64,000 bases of DNA from Adineta vaga (GCA_021613535.1 CP075493.1:13826001-13890000), one strand, 5' to 3'; shown: positions 14,068 through 29,500, numbered from the stretch's first letter. The notes: a model not told the origin generated them from the letters alone. Numbers and translations are program-made.

Positions 14068-14524
14068 GATCCGATCAATTTTCAAGCTAAACAACGGATA
14101 AATATTACTGAAACTATAATGTTGTTCAACCTGGTTCAATGACAATCTTCTATAGTTTAACAGATCATCAACAATTCGTGACAGTGAAGGAACCTGTTAC
14201 TCAGATGCTCTTGTTGGCGTTGATTTACTGCAACGAAAAGAAATCAGTCAACTTTCGAAGTCTAATTTACCATCCTATTTATGTTATGATAATATAACGA
14301 ATGCTTTTTATGGTATGGACGAAAGTGAGAATAAACGTGCCTGTCGTTTAATACGTTTAAATCCTTATAATGACACTCTGGATATTCTCTCCGACGATTT
14401 TGATGATCATCTACCATCGACTGGAAGTTGTTATGGAGGATTTTATTTTACAATGATTGTTCGAGGTTTAGATCAACAACAAATAGTGACATTCGATTTA
14501 AACAAAATCATGAAAAAATCATAG
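14068..14524 (+). pseudogene. Probable degraded gene fragment
   Basis: Coding-like sequence broken over several frames, ending in ORF 14315-14524; no 5' exon found. Confidence 0.3.
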
Positions 14525-14642
14525 CGAATAATTCAGCAGATTATCATTTAGATGCATTTGCACTTATTCCAATTTAAAATTGACAATTTTTTGAGAATGT
14601 GAATGTGTATCAGTTTAAAAATAAAAGCGTTCATGTTCTTCA

Positions 14643-17600
14643 TTATCGATAGATCTTTCGTCGCCATATTTGAAATGATTCTTGAAATTTTTCTCTGTAC
14701 ACTGTTGAAGGAATAACATACACAATAAAGGTAAGTATCGATGGAATGAATGAAATGAAATAACCAGAAAGAAATAGAAATGGATTAGTTGATGCATTTA
14801 TGCATTCAGATAGAAGTGACATGACCAGACGAGGTAAGGAGAGCATTAATAATATTGTAGGACTGATCAATAATTGTTTGTGCTCACTTATTTGTTGAAA
14901 ATTATGTTCTTTATAGGTTTGTAATGTGCGAACAGTGGACCGTTGCCGAGCTGATCCAGTTATAATGAATAAAGCAGCGAAAAGATTGATTATGAATGGG
15001 CAAATAAGATGAAAGAATAAGATAATTGTATTGTAATATTGAAGAGAACTAGAATAACGAGTTATACACCAATGATAGATTTCGACTTTGTTCGGTTCTG
15101 TCGTAATTTGTGGTAATTGTCGATGAAATGGTTCATGTATAATCGAAGCCATAATGCAAAATGGTAGGATTATAATTATCCAACGAGCTATGTGTTTGCT
15201 TTTCTGTTTATTAAACTTAATTCCTTTGAAAACGAGAAATACTCTTTCTATTGCAATACATGCGTTGAGCCAAGTATCGAGATATAGGAAAAGTTTCAGA
15301 AAAGGTTCAATCAATATATAACCTCCTCGTAGAATAGACAGACGCATCGTTATATTCATTTGAGTAAGACCAAGAAACCAAAGTTTGATTGTAAATGTAA
15401 TCATTGTTAGAAGAGAAGTTATTGATGTTCCTAGAAGATATATACCACACCCACACCCTCGTATACTTTTATTTTGAAACGTTAAAAGAGAGAGAATACT
15501 ATTGATCAAACCTCCAACGAACAGTATCGTTGTCAAAGTTGCACTTAGTTTTACTGATATTGCTTGATGTGTCAGTGACATATTCGGTCGAATTTTGTCA
15601 TGCAAAATATCATCGAGAGTTATTCCAATGTTTTTAGTATAAAACTGACATTTCGCACCGGTAAAACAGCTCGAAAAACTTTGAACCAAATAAAATCATA
15701 AATTTATTTAGTTGAATTTTTCTCAATAGAAGTATTTATTGCAATTAGATACTTACTGAAAGGATAAAGACTGATGTTACTTGGGCCAGATACGAGAATT
15801 GAGAAATTTCCTGTCGCATTCGAATGATACGTTGTCACAACCAAGATGTACGTTTTGTTAGCTTGAAGAGCAATTAAGATATTAGATTGAGGTATTTTGC
15901 AGTTCAATGTACTCTCCGAGAGTAAATTCTCAGAGGGATTTAATGAATTGAAATAGTTTTGATAGATGTAGCCGTATCCAATCACACGGTTACTGCTTAG
16001 AAAAGTATAAAAACCAGATGTAAGCACTTCCACTTGTATTACTTCATAGTATGAACTCAATCGAGCACAATCTTCGAAATACATGGAATTGCTTGTGTCG
16101 ATTTTTGAAGAATATATAAATTGAACAGACGACGGCGTATTTTCTGAATAAGAATAGAAATAATCAGATACAAAAAAGAATGGATCTATTTATACTATCA
16201 GTTCATCTTGAAATCAAATGGAAATTAAGTACAAAATACTTACTAAGACGTGTGAAATTGAGTTTATTTGGACCAATTGCTCGACTCAAGAAATTTCCCG
16301 TCATATTTGAATGATTAGTTGTAACGACTAATACGTATGTAGTATTTATGTCAAGTGTAATTTCGAGTTTAAACTGATTTTCACCAGCACCTTGATCATT
16401 CTCCGCTAGTAAATTTTCATATGGATTAAAAGAATTAAAATTGAACTTGTTAAGGTAACCGATTGTGTCAATAGTACTCTCGCTGACAAGCTGATAAAGA
16501 CCAGTTGTGGCAACGTTTATTTGTATCGCTTGATAATGCGAATTTAATTTTGAACAAGGTTGAAAATATGTTGAAGTATTTGAAAATAATGTTGATAAGT
16601 ATTCTGACTGTATGGCTGATGAGTTATCTATTGGGTAAATGAAGAGAAAAGAAACCTATAACGAAGTTATTTATAAAATGAACTAAACTTACACAAATTT
16701 TTTAAGCGGAAATATTTCTGAACTCGATTATTTGATTCATCAGTAACATACATGTTTCCAAAACTATCAAAACTAAGAGTAAACGGATTACTCAATTGAT
16801 GAGATTGTGAACCTGGCTCATAGCATCCAACTAGACAGCGAAAAACATGTGGTCCCGATCCAACAATACGATGATTCAGATGATCAGCAATGAATAAATA
16901 TTTATCAATATCGAAAACAATTCCACTGGGCCAATAAAGTGTAGTTGTCGGATAGGACGATGTTTGTCCCGCTACTGTTCTTCCATTTATATCGTTCGGT
17001 TGAAATAACTGAATCCGATCGTTTTCACAATCTGCGATATACAAATCAAAATTTTCGTCTATAAATATTCCACGAGGACCATCAAGTTGATCCGAATCAT
17101 ACCCTGATTCACCTGTTCCAGCAGCAACTCTTGTTGTCATTTGACTATCATTCAACCATCTTTTGACAACTTGATGTTTTTCAGACATTGAACAATACAA
17201 AGTAGCGTTGTTATCAACAAAAAGACCAAAACTTGCTGCCGTCACATTCATAACAATAACATATTCCTCCGTACTTGAAATCCATCGATAAACGTTTTTA
17301 GTATATTCATCACTATCAATGAAAATATCTCCATTATTTAAAACAAAGATAGAATATGGATATATAAAATTATCAGTTATATATCTCATTCGATTAATAC
17401 TACTGTTAAACTTTAATAGAATCCAACTATATTTATAACTAGCCACATAAATTGTACCATGTTTATCAATGAATAGACCATGAGCAGTCCCGCCAGTTAC
17501 CGTTTCATTTATTGAAGTAATTCCATTTGAATTCCAGCTTGTTGTTGGACAAAACTTCGGTTGATGAAATGAAAATGCTAATAATCGAGAAAAATAATCG

Positions 17601-17820
17601 AAATAAATCAATTTTAATCCTTAATTATTTTTCATGTCTTTTGACAAAAATTTCACATTTCCTCATATCTTATCTTTCGAAGAATCCATAGGAAGAAATC
17701 TGATTGTCAAGAGTCTGCAGACAAGTTATTCTGTAGAAAATGCTATACAATACCTGATAGTTTGTTGGTTATAATTATAATGATAATGATAATTATCTGG
17801 GACTTATTTTTCGTAAACAT
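14643..17820 (-). CDS. Signal peptide, NHL beta-propeller, two PPC-like domains and a rhodopsin-like 7TM receptor
   Basis: Exons ~17820-17754 (MFTKNKSQIIIIII), 17577-16693 (NHL: PRGIFID..LYIADCENDRIQ), 16628-16244 and 16143-15757 (paired ...TYxLVVTT..NxTGNF domains), then 7TM ORF 14643-15689 (CIAIER). The first three introns are phase-consistent; the last junction could not be closed. Confidence 0.65.
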
Positions 17821-18089
17821 ATTGAATAAGATCTCTTGTTTAATGGTAACAATTTATAGAAAACGCTGTGTTTTTCTTTCTATATAACACGTATGAATAG
17901 TCGTGCAAATAATTATGTTCGTTATCTTGTCGAAAACTAGTTTTATTAGTTTTTTTCTCGTTTTATTTGTATTTGTCAAATAATCTCTTGTATCAATATA
18001 AATGCATGACGAATACATCCAATTGCTACAGCGATAAGAACATATGTTTACTGTCAAAAAGAATTATTCAACTGCATGAAAATATCATC

Positions 18090-18159
18090 GAGGGTGGATG
18101 TGGGTGAAGAGAAGAGTATTAACCACACTGGCACCTACCCACATGTACACTCACACCCA
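18090..18159. repeat. Telomere-like intergenic palindrome B
   Basis: gagggtggatgtgggtg...tacccacatgtacactcacaccca; atgtgggt/acccacat is a perfect core. Confidence 0.75.
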
Positions 18160-19074
18160 TTTTGGGAGTTTCAAATTCCCAAACGTTAGATAGCATTATT
18201 TTTGACATAAAACATACATAAGAAAATATTATTATTGATTGATAAGGAGTTTTTGAATGTGAACCTTTTTTTTTAGAAAAATTCCTTCAGAGTATTTTCA
18301 ATCTCAAGCATATCTTTACTCAACTGATCATTTTCACTTGGTAATTCCATGAAAAACTAACCGTTAGATATGAATTCATTTTCAAAACGATGTAGTTCAT
18401 TTTATCTTCTGCTTTTGATTTGTTATAGTTGATGAGAGCGTGTTGATGAAATGTCTGTTCGGTCGCCATGGTAACAAAGGAGAAACAGAACCGATTGTTA
18501 GGCTGTAAATCTTTATAAAAGACTGCATTGCTTTCTTTTTTATAGAGAAGTATGACATACAAAAATATATAGCGACGATACATATTTTTAAATCAAATAA
18601 GAATTTCTTCAAACATGAGAAATACGCGTAATCTAAAATGTTCTACTTTGCAAAGTTGGTTGGTGGCATTGAATGTTGATGAAGAAAAGATACTCGCATC
18701 CACATTCATCAACACATTGCTCGTTGGTTTATGTAGATTTCTGCTGTTTAAGAAAATCTTTCTAAGGTATCATCTAACTGAGAGTATAATTCATCGATAT
18801 ACAAAAATTCTAATGTATATATGATGATTAAATTTTTAAAAATAGGAGATACTTTGAAGCTAAATATAAAACATAATGAGTATGGAACTGACATAATAAG
18901 ATGTGAAACTACATGCTTTGGAATTTGATAAATCGATAATTAATATTCCGGACTATATATATAAATAAATTTCAACAAGTTTCAATAACATATTTTTGTT
19001 ATTATAATTTTTATCGCCTACAGAGAAAAGGTAATTTCGTGGAAATATTCTATTCTTGGCTCATTTTTGTATCT

Positions 19075-20028
19075 ATGTCAGCCATGGAACAACAAAGTAA
19101 ATTTATTCTAATTCTTGCTTTTGAAATTCCAGCCGTTATATTATCAATTGTCCTATTTGTATACTTTGCTTTCAATCGTCCAATTTATTCCAAACTCAAA
19201 AATCATGGATGGATCGTACTTCTAATTGTCAATTTCTTTCAATTGATTTTGCATATGCCTATGTCAATGGGTTATTATTATCTGGGCTATATTTGGCCAG
19301 CAACAAATGCATATTGTACATGGTGGATATGGTGTGAATACTCGCTAAACATTACTGGTTTATTGCTAATGGCATGGATCTCTATTGAACGACATTTACT
19401 TGTATTTCATGCACATATAGTATTTCAAGTACAATGGAAAAAATGGATTTTTCACTTTATTCCTATTGGTTTTTGTTTAATATGGGCACCAATATTCTAT
19501 TTCATCTTAGTTGTAATCAGTCCATTTTGTACACCTTTCTGGTTTTTCAATTTAGTTCTCTGCGGTTTTCCATGTTATTATGGAACAGAGATTTTACAAA
19601 GATTTGATTATATTTTCAGTCTTCTTTCTCCTGTTGCTATTATCATGTTGGCCAATGTAATGTTAGTTATTCGAGTTATCCATCAAAAGAGATCTCTACA
19701 ACAAGCGGTAAATTGGCGACGTCATCGTAAGATGGTGTTGCAATTATGGCTTGTTTCATCACTCTATATGGGACTTTGGCTACCTTTGACAATTACATTG
19801 TTTGTGCAAATGACTGCAATACCTTCGTTTATGTACGATAAACTAGATACCATGCAATTCGCTCCCAATTTTATTGCACTTCTATTACCAATGATATGTC
19901 TCAGTACACAACCTGAATTACTAGCAAAAATTAAAAGTCTTATTCGGGCACGATCAGGAAATAGAGTTAGCGTTGTTACTTACAACCGAAATGCAGGAAG
20001 AACTTTAACTATAGTTACTGCTCGATGA
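19075..20028 (+). CDS. Rhodopsin-like (class A) GPCR, single exon
   Basis: Seven hydrophobic segments, Cys at the start of TM3 and a WISIERH DRY-like motif; first ATG at 19075. Confidence 0.85.
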   Translation: MSAMEQQSKFILILAFEIPAVILSIVLFVYFAFNRPIYSKLKNHGWIVLLIVNFFQLILHMPMSMGYYYLGYIWPATNAYCTWWIWCEYSLNITGLLLMAWISIERHLLVFHAHIVFQVQWKKWIFHFIPIGFCLIWAPIFYFILVVISPFCTPFWFFNLVLCGFPCYYGTEILQRFDYIFSLLSPVAIIMLANVMLVIRVIHQKRSLQQAVNWRRHRKMVLQLWLVSSLYMGLWLPLTITLFVQMTAIPSFMYDKLDTMQFAPNFIALLLPMICLSTQPELLAKIKSLIRARSGNRVSVVTYNRNAGRTLTIVTAR

Positions 20029-20510
20029 GCCTTATTGATGATTCGCATAATTCGTACTTTCTTGGCCAAAATCAAAACTTCAAGCTTATGTTTGTGTAAT
20101 TTTGTGTTGTACTGTCCGTGCAAACTGTTGCACGTGTCTGAGTATTATTTTCGCTTTTCCTTTAGTAGTCAACATTCTGTTTCTTTGCTCACTTGATGAG
20201 AAATAAAATGAAACATCCTATCAAAAAGAGTAGATATAGATGTGATTTAAGCAATAACCTATGTATCTGTAAACTACCAACATACACATTCTTATCCTCG
20301 GGATGATATAATTATGGTTTGAAAATCCTGATGTTTTTCAATATTTGAAGGTGACTGTGGACAATATATGTATCTGTAAATTCCTTATCAAGATAAGATA
20401 GATGAAAGGTCAAATTTAAACGACTGAATCATTACGATAAGTTCATTTTTAAGAAAAGCGAGTCAGAAATATGGATAGAAAATGAGTATGATCTCGTTGC
20501 CTCATATATA

Positions 20511-23500
20511 TTATTCATTTGGATCGTCATCAGTGATAAAATCTTCTGCGCTCGGTACGTCATTCATCGTACCATCACCATCGATACTTGAACAAGATGA
20601 AATTGCATAATTCAAACGTTCATACATAATTTCACTTGTTGAATAAGCAGGTAAATCAATGGCAAAGAAACATGTATGTGATCCTAAAATAAAATAGATA
20701 GATGATAAACTAGTAATACAACGGTGATTGTACATACGCGGAAGTGTTTTGTCAATTTGTTCTTCGTCGATAATATCAAATTTAACAATAACAAATTTAG
20801 ATTGAAAATCTTCATCTCGAATGGGTAAGGTACTTCTTCGCCAAACGAATATTAAAAATAACTTTTTTTGATCATCAGTAAATGATTCAGTCAGAACTTG
20901 CCAAAATAGTTGAATTACTGGTGAATCTGGTTCATATCCACCAGTATAGTAAGTATTACGTTTCAAAAGTTCAATATTTATTCCATTCTTCCCACACACG
21001 GCTTCTTCAAGTTCATTAGCAGTAAATAAACTTAAATAATACGATGGAATGATGCTATATAATCCTTCTCGGATAAGATTCATTTGTCGATCGAATTCAT
21101 GAAGACGATATTGTCGATAGCATGAACAGTAACGATTAAGATTTGCCATTGTTATGGAAATATCCGTGCCATGAGGAATAAGTTCATACGTTTGTCCCGA
21201 TGAACTAACTACATCAAATCGTGAATCACTTAGAGCATCACTTATTAAAAATTCTACATCGTTATTATTATCGATGGATTTCATTTCCTCAACATTCTTT
21301 TCCATTTCATTAATAAATGTAAAACTTTGAATATCAATTGCTTCAATATCTTCTTTAGAAATCTTCTCTGTCAAGAGAGACTTCCATAATAAAGGCGGAA
21401 ATTTGACATTAAAATAATGTTTTTTCCTTATTGCCATTCCCATTAGTTGACCAACAAATCGATATTGATTTTGGATTTTCTTTAGGATTAGTTTCTTCGG
21501 TGGAAAAACATTAGGAATCCAACAATCTCGATTTACACCACTATTTGTACGTCCATTTGGACATAGAATAAATAATGGCAATCGTGTAGAACATATATCC
21601 AAACAAATACGTGTTATCGAATCACGATAAGGTCCACCTGCATCAGTACTATGCATATCGAGATATTGTGCTAACCAAAGTTGATCGTTTGATCGTCGAA
21701 ATAAGATTTGAGCATTGGGATATAATTGTTGATAAGCTTGATGGAACATGGTATTTTCAATATTTTCCGTATCCGTACTTGCTTTGATTGTATCGAAATA
21801 AACCGATTGAAGCTCATCGATATAGTCAGTTGTAGTTTGTTCTAAGGATATTTTAAATAATTGTCGCTTTGTTGATGTTAATAAATAGAATTTTATCGAT
21901 CGAATATAATCGGTTAGAATGCTTTGTCCTTCGGACTGATTAAAGTCTACTATGAATACACTTCTTTTAACGATTCTATTCAATAAGTAGATGGATATCG
22001 CACGAGTTCGAATAGAATCTGCTGGAATACTTGTTAATGATAAATAACTCTTATAAAATATTGTATTTGGTTCAGATCCTGTTGGAAGACTTGACATAAC
22101 ATTCGAAAATGCATCACTAGCGAGTAATGAATATTCATTCATGAGACGCATCAGATCATGATCGGCAATGATATTAAATTGATTTTGTGAACTAATAAAG
22201 TTATCTTGGTTCATGAGAAAATCATTCCCCCAAATCTTTGTTTCTTTAAAAAAAATGTCCGGTAAAGGTAATCGTTGTGTTTGATCTGTCCAAGCAATGA
22301 TTAAATCGATTGCATTAAATAATTGCTGAATATCTTTCGGTAGTTTTGATTGAAATTTTTGGATATAATTATCTGTCTCCGTATTTTGCTTCTTCTGTCT
22401 TGCTAACAGTGCAAACAGGAAGTCTTTTAATGCAAATTCCAGTTTTACTTTTGCACTAGCACTAATTGATATTATCTCAGATGATAGTTCACTCAAGAAA
22501 TAGTACATGAATCGTTGTATATGCTTATTCAATTTAATATATTCGCTTGCTTGCACCAAACTATCGAAGAAAATAAGAAATCTTGTCAAATACTATCTTT
22601 CCTCGATACTAGATTGACTTACATAGTAAATAAATGAAGAATGAATATTTTTGATTGATGTTCTGGAATTAATAAGAATAGATCAAAAAGTAGATTGATG
22701 AATGGTGCAGGAAATAGAAACTCAATGATAGAATCGATTTGATGTTGTTTTATAGATGATTTATCAGTTATTAATTGTATAAAATGATCGAGAGTTTTGA
22801 AAACAAACTTGAAATTCGCTTGTTTTTCATCGGAAACTTGCTTTAATAAAGATGGTTGAAATACAAATGCAATCGATTGAATAACCACAAATTTTTGTAA
22901 ATGATAGAGTAAAGGTGCTTGATTCTCTAAGATAGTTATGTCGATATGTTCAGGCAACTGCTGAATTTCAGTTTTCAAGATCGATTGGATTACTAGATGT
23001 ACTCGATTCGTCTGCTCATTGTTAATAATCTCTGTGTAATCTAATAATTTCATTAATTCGATCAAAAAAGTGTAATCACCAAATTTGTCCAAAGGAAATA
23101 AAGTTGATTCATCAGATAACCAGACTTGAAACATGTTTAGAATAGTTTCACGTGCATAAACAGTGATTAATCCATGTTCACAAGCGATGCGGTTTTTAAT
23201 AAATTGTTTCGACGAATGCTTTTCATGTGAATAATGTATGGAATCTTGATTTATCGTTTCTGTTGTTGGTTTATTTAAATTGAATAATTTATAAAAATTG
23301 CCGTTATAGTCGATACTTGATGTTTTATGTGCAATCCATTCATTGATGTCATTACTAATTTCTAACCCTTGAACAGATTCAGAAAACCAATTAGTATCAA
23401 GATTTTCTTTCAACTCAGTTGTCTCATTAGAAAATTTCGATGATGGAGAAGAAATCCAATGAAGGAATAAACAATGAGCGATACTTATTATTTGTTCGTT

Positions 23501-26500
23501 TGAATTCAATGATGAAGAACTGATAAGATCGTTGAAAACTTCCAAGTTAGTTGAAGAATCTAGTTTGGAAAGGATATTCATATAACGTTTTTGTTCATTT
23601 TCTATATCTGCTCTTATAAATTGTGCTTTTTGTTCACGTAAAAGTTCGTGAATTGTTGAAATATCTGCCATTGGATTTACTTCCAGAACCGATTGAATCC
23701 AAGAATTTTTGTATCCCATACCGATGAAGGTCGATTGAATAATTGAAATAGGCAGTGGAGTAGTTATTGCCGATGGTAACTGATCAATGGATACTGAGCG
23801 ATTTAGATAAGTCACTGATTTGAGTGAGAGCCGAAGAGTATCACCATTCGTTGTGTTTTTTGTTGGATCTATTTCTCGAAATAGATGGATTCGTCTTGAT
23901 TCCATTCGAAATTGATCATTAGTCACTTCAATAAAGATTGCTAAATTATCGTTGAGATAAACTTGAAAAGAATCATTTTGAAGAGAAATCAATAAACGAA
24001 CATATTCATTTGGAATAACAGATGAAAGACTTTCGTTCTTCGTTCCGTTAATTTCAACACAAAGTTTACCTTCATGATTGATCAAAATTCGAAATTCTCC
24101 ACTTACGAATATTAATGTTATTTCTTCTTTAGGGATTGGCCAACAAGGAATACTAAATTCTATTGCTAAAGTATATTTTGACCATTCATCATATGATTTA
24201 TTGAGAATAAGATAAGTTTTATTTCCGAATAGTTCCACGGTCGAATAATCTTCATCATCGTTTGATTTGAAATATTTTCCTTCATCATCATATGAATGCT
24301 TTTGTTTTTTCTCCCATAAATCCTTTGTATACGGTTCATCAAATGGGACAAGTAATTCATCAAGAAATTCTTGTTGATTTTTTCTAAACGAAATAGTACC
24401 AACTTGTTTTCGACATTCTAATAATTGTTGATAATCATTAACAACGTAAGACAAACTATAGGTAAATAAACAACGAACATCTTCTTCCGATAGAATATAT
24501 TTCCATACTGCAACATTATTTATTTTAGCAGCAATTCCTGGTAGAAGATACAAGTCCATGTTCTTGATTGTTTCATATTGAAATGTATGAGCAAATTTCT
24601 GATGTTTATAGTTAATTTGAACAATTATCTGGTTATCCTTCGTTGAGAAAATAACTACACACCGACATTTTTCAGTCGTTCCTTCATTCCACATGATTTC
24701 TGTTGAATCTAAAGTAAACAATAAGAATTGAGGTTTTTGCTCTGATGATGTGATTTCAAAGTCGAAACTAATTGTTATTGATGACGTATCGTTATTGTTA
24801 ATTGAAAGTAGAAAACCATCACTATGATATGGTAAGATTAGATACTGATTGTCGATGGTAAAGTTTGTTCGAATATGTTGTTGATTAATAAAATCACGTA
24901 GAATATTGATTGATGGCTCTGTTCGTGTTCTTAGAAAATAATCTTGTTGATTATCACCAACAAGATAAGCACTGAAAGGATAGTCAACAAAAGATTTCTC
25001 TTTGTGTGTATATTTCGGGAGTAAGAGAGATTTATAACCATATGGTAATGGACAATCTTGCATATCTTCTGGACTAAAAATCAATTCGCAGCACGCCGAT
25101 GGATTATTTTGTAAAGTAACAGATGGATAATAAGTTGTAGTTGGTCCATTGGGTAATAAATTACATTTAATTGTTGTCAAGGGAATAAATGAATCGTGTT
25201 CGAATGCTGTACCTACGAACGTTCCATTTATCCAATATTTTATTTTAGTATTTATTCCATCGATTTCAATTCCACAGCCACAAATATCATTGTCTTTCCA
25301 ACGATAACCAGAAAATTGCCCATAATATCCATTATTATTGAAGAATACAGCTCGAGATCCATCATATGACCATGAATATTTATCATCGCCAACTCCGCGG
25401 TTATCACCAGGTCTAAATCCATTTGTAGCCCATCCTATTTGAACAAGTTTAGCGGTTGGTAATCGAACACAATAATACCATTTTCCTTCACTTAATTGTA
25501 AATTATCAATAATAAATGTTGGAAAAGTGACTGTCGTATTCTCTTTATTCGGAACTATTCGACCACGAAATCTATGTTTAACTCCACATTCTTGAATTGC
25601 ATTTCTATTAGCACTATCACGTGGCATTGCAACAATAGATAATCTTTCATTACCAATTCGACCTTGTTGAAAAAATTCTATTTCTCCCTCAGATACATAT
25701 GGTCTCCATTCATTATAAGTTTTTAAAGTCTCAATATTTAATTGTTCTTGATCAAGATCATTAACTATGACATTGCTTTTCTCATATGTATCCAAACTGA
25801 GAGAATAGTGTTCCAGATGAGTTTTATCGAATGAACGTAAATGTTCTGGTTGTTGACGAGTTTTTTCTAAAGAATCAATGATACATAATTTAGCAAGAAC
25901 TGATGCATATGGTTTCTTCATAAATATTTCAATTAATTTCTTATTGTTTAGTAGATAATATAAAACCGAAATAGCACGACGTTTTAGTTGTAATAACAAT
26001 AATGAGTTCTTTTCCGATAGATCAGTTTCAATAAAATATCCTAAACGATCGAGAATGAAATCGATTCCACTGATAAGATTAGGTGGTGAAATATCAATTT
26101 GCAGTCGTAGTTGATCAATAGAAACTGATTCGGTTTGATTTGTTTGTAAATATTGAAGTAAATAAGGTGTTGTTGTTGTATCATTAATTTCCACAATTAG
26201 TGCTAATGGTGATTCATCATTCAGGTTCTCCTTAGTTTGACATGAAACAATTGAACCTAATCGATAAGGTTCAATATATCCACCCATGATTTTTAATGCT
26301 GCTATCAATTGATTTATTTGATTTCGATCTAATTTCTCAATTGAATTGGCATCTAAATATAATTGAATTGCATCAAATACCAATTCTTTTGCTGTTAATT
26401 CCCAGTAGCGATGAGCGGACATTACTGCACGGTACATGACAATTAACTCTGCTACAATATCTTGTGAAATGATATTTTCACCGATTGAATTCAACGAATC

Positions 26501-29500
26501 CGATAAGAATTTTTCAATAAGATTTTTTGATATTTTCTCATGGTTATCTACTATATAGGGAATGATATGTCGTAACAGTCTAATGGCCAGTAAACGAGTA
26601 ACATTGAATTGATTATGTTGATAAATATCGATGAATTCTTCTAGATAATGAACATTTGCACAAAGTGATGCAACATGTTCCGAAAAATGTACTGCTCGAA
26701 GTAGAAGAATTAAGTATTGATTTCGACAATGATTGATATCATCTGTTGGCAAAACCCAACTAATAGAAATATCTTTTAGAGAATTTTTTGAGTTAATTGA
26801 AGAGATTTTTTCCGTTGTTCGAAAAGCTTTCAATTGTCTAAAAATTAATAGATTAAAAAGAAAATTTTGTTGTTGTTGCTGTAAAGATTCATTTGAAATT
26901 TGTCTGAATTTTTCTATTTCGATATTTTCACAAACTTTCAAAACAAATAATCGAAACCAATTGAATGCAAGGAATGTCTCTTCTTGTTGATGACGCGTCA
27001 TTAGAGTGACAAATGAATCGAAAAGTAATTCGACTATTTGATAATTGAATAGATGATGGATATCGATAGATTCGTAAGAAAAATTTAATAAATAGAAAAT
27101 ATTCGCAATGAAATTCATCGGTTGGACGGTAAAAGTTAGAGCAAGTGTAATAATTGAATAATAAGTGTTACTAATTTCGTCTCTTAATCGATTATTTGAT
27201 GCTGAGATATTACTGAAATATGACCATTCCAAATCCGTCGTTCGCATATAGGGTAAAGAAATCAATAAAGTTGTTAGCGATCGATCGTTATTTCTCTGAT
27301 TTAGAACATTTTGTAGAAATACTGTAATGAATCGATATGTAATCAATCTTAATAAAGCTCGTTCATGTAGTCGATGAAGACATTTCTTAATTTCATCGAT
27401 TTCTGATTGTTGCTCTTTGATCATGAATGATGTTTTAGAAAAATCTCCATAAATAAAATCAGCAATTGATCGATTCAGTAAATATTGATGATTATGTTTT
27501 TGCCCAATTGCTTGTCTTTTTTCGTGAAGAAATTGTTTGAATCGTAAACATGCTTGAAAAGAATTTCGAAGAAGTCGAATAATATGTTTTGCTTGTGACC
27601 ATTGTGAAGTTTGTCGTTCATATGGAAATCCTTTGTTTACTGTTTTGTCGATTGTAACAGAGGATGAATCTTCTTTAACTATTGGTATGAAATCACTTTC
27701 TTCGACAGCTAATAGAAGAAATAATGTTTTCATTTTAATTTGTTTATAAAGTTCATCACAATCACCACCTTGACCTTTGACAGTAGCAAACACGGTCTGA
27801 ATTCGATTAGCATATTCATAAATAGAAAGAAGTTCATCCGATGGTTGACTTTGATCGGTTCGTAATAATTCCGATTTCGCTAGATTTATTCGACGATAGA
27901 ATTTCACATAAACAGCAAATACAGCAGCACATGCATCATTTGTTTGCTGTTCAATAGATTTTAGAAATACATGTTGTTTACCTTCAGTATGTCTTTTCAA
28001 TCTTGAGATTAATCGTGCACCATCGTTGATATTATTATAAATTGACAGTAGAAAATCGTTGTCGTTTGTAGTGGCATTTGTTAGTTGATATTGACTATAT
28101 AGAGCCAAACGAGAAGTTAACAAATCACTCCTTTTCTCGCTGATACATCCACCAGCAAAAATAGGTTGTTGTAATTTCTTTCGATGTTTTTTTTCAAAAG
28201 AATCTTCTGCTGTACCAATGATTAATCGATGACATATTTTTCCGATTAAACAACAAATAAAATCAGTATCTAAATTTTGTAGATAATATTCTGCTAATAA
28301 AGGTAAAATTTGTATAAAAATCAGTTGAATCGATTCATAGGAAAAGCTTTCATCTAGTTTTATCATGAGATTTAAATCAATAAGAATCGAATTCAATAGA
28401 TCATTGACAACGATATGTTGATCAACACATTTTCGGAGAATATATGTCACGTATTGAATTATAAGAGAAACTAAATTGTTGGTAGAAGTTATTAGTTTAT
28501 ATAATAAACATTGTTGAAATGAAGATATCATTTCGAATATTCGTTTTTCTTTTTTATCAAAATAAAGATCAATAAACCAATATAGAATATTCAATGTAGA
28601 CGATTTTGTCTTCTCATCACACAAAGATTCGATCCAATTGAATAATGTTTCAGTTTGATTCATTTCCACGAATAATTGTTGGATTAAAATCAAATGTTTA
28701 TTTTCTATGATATACTTTTGAAATAAAGTTAATTTCTGATCGAATGATGAGAGTTGTATATTAATAACAATGATAAGTGCTTTAGATGCTTCCTCACTTA
28801 TTGTCAACTGCTCTTTATTTTCGTTCGAAATTAATTCAAAGAATAAATTAAACCATTTTTTCAGTTTATCATCGGATGTGTATGTCGACCATTGATCACG
28901 ACATTCGGATAAAATTTTTAAATGTGTTGTAAATAATCGTAAGCAAACAGTTAACATATGAATGATAGTTTGATCCGATTGTGTTGACATTATAGTTGAT
29001 AATTGTTCGATATTGTGAAATAAATCTTCGAATGTATTCGAATGAAATTCACATGAAATAGAACTGAATTTCGATTGTTTAATCGGTGAATGAACTTGAT
29101 TCTCAATGTCGATATGCGATAGAATAATTGATGAAACGAATTGACCAGTAAATGACTGTTCATTTAATGTTGTTAGGTGAGAATTTGGAAATGAGTGTAT
29201 GGATTTTAAGAAATTCAATGAGGGAAATTGTGAAATCTCTGATTCGTTCATTCCCTCTCTCCATTCATTGAGCGTATTACTAAGACCGTCATTCATTTGT
29301 ATGATTAGACTTTGGACATTATAAACATCACTTGTATTGAACATAAGTTTATTCAATAGGGATAAAATATCTTTGAATGATCGTTTTGCCATGGCAACAG
29401 TGAATAGAATTTTGATTGCTGATTTAGAAATAATGAGATCTGTTGTTAGAGATAAGTGATATATGTATGTCGTTAATGGTTCGAATGATTTGAATAAAAG

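Noticed and set aside
15445-15460. ccacacccacaccctc telomere-like run
   Set aside because: It lies inside the GPCR CDS (encodes RGCGCG) and has no partner arm
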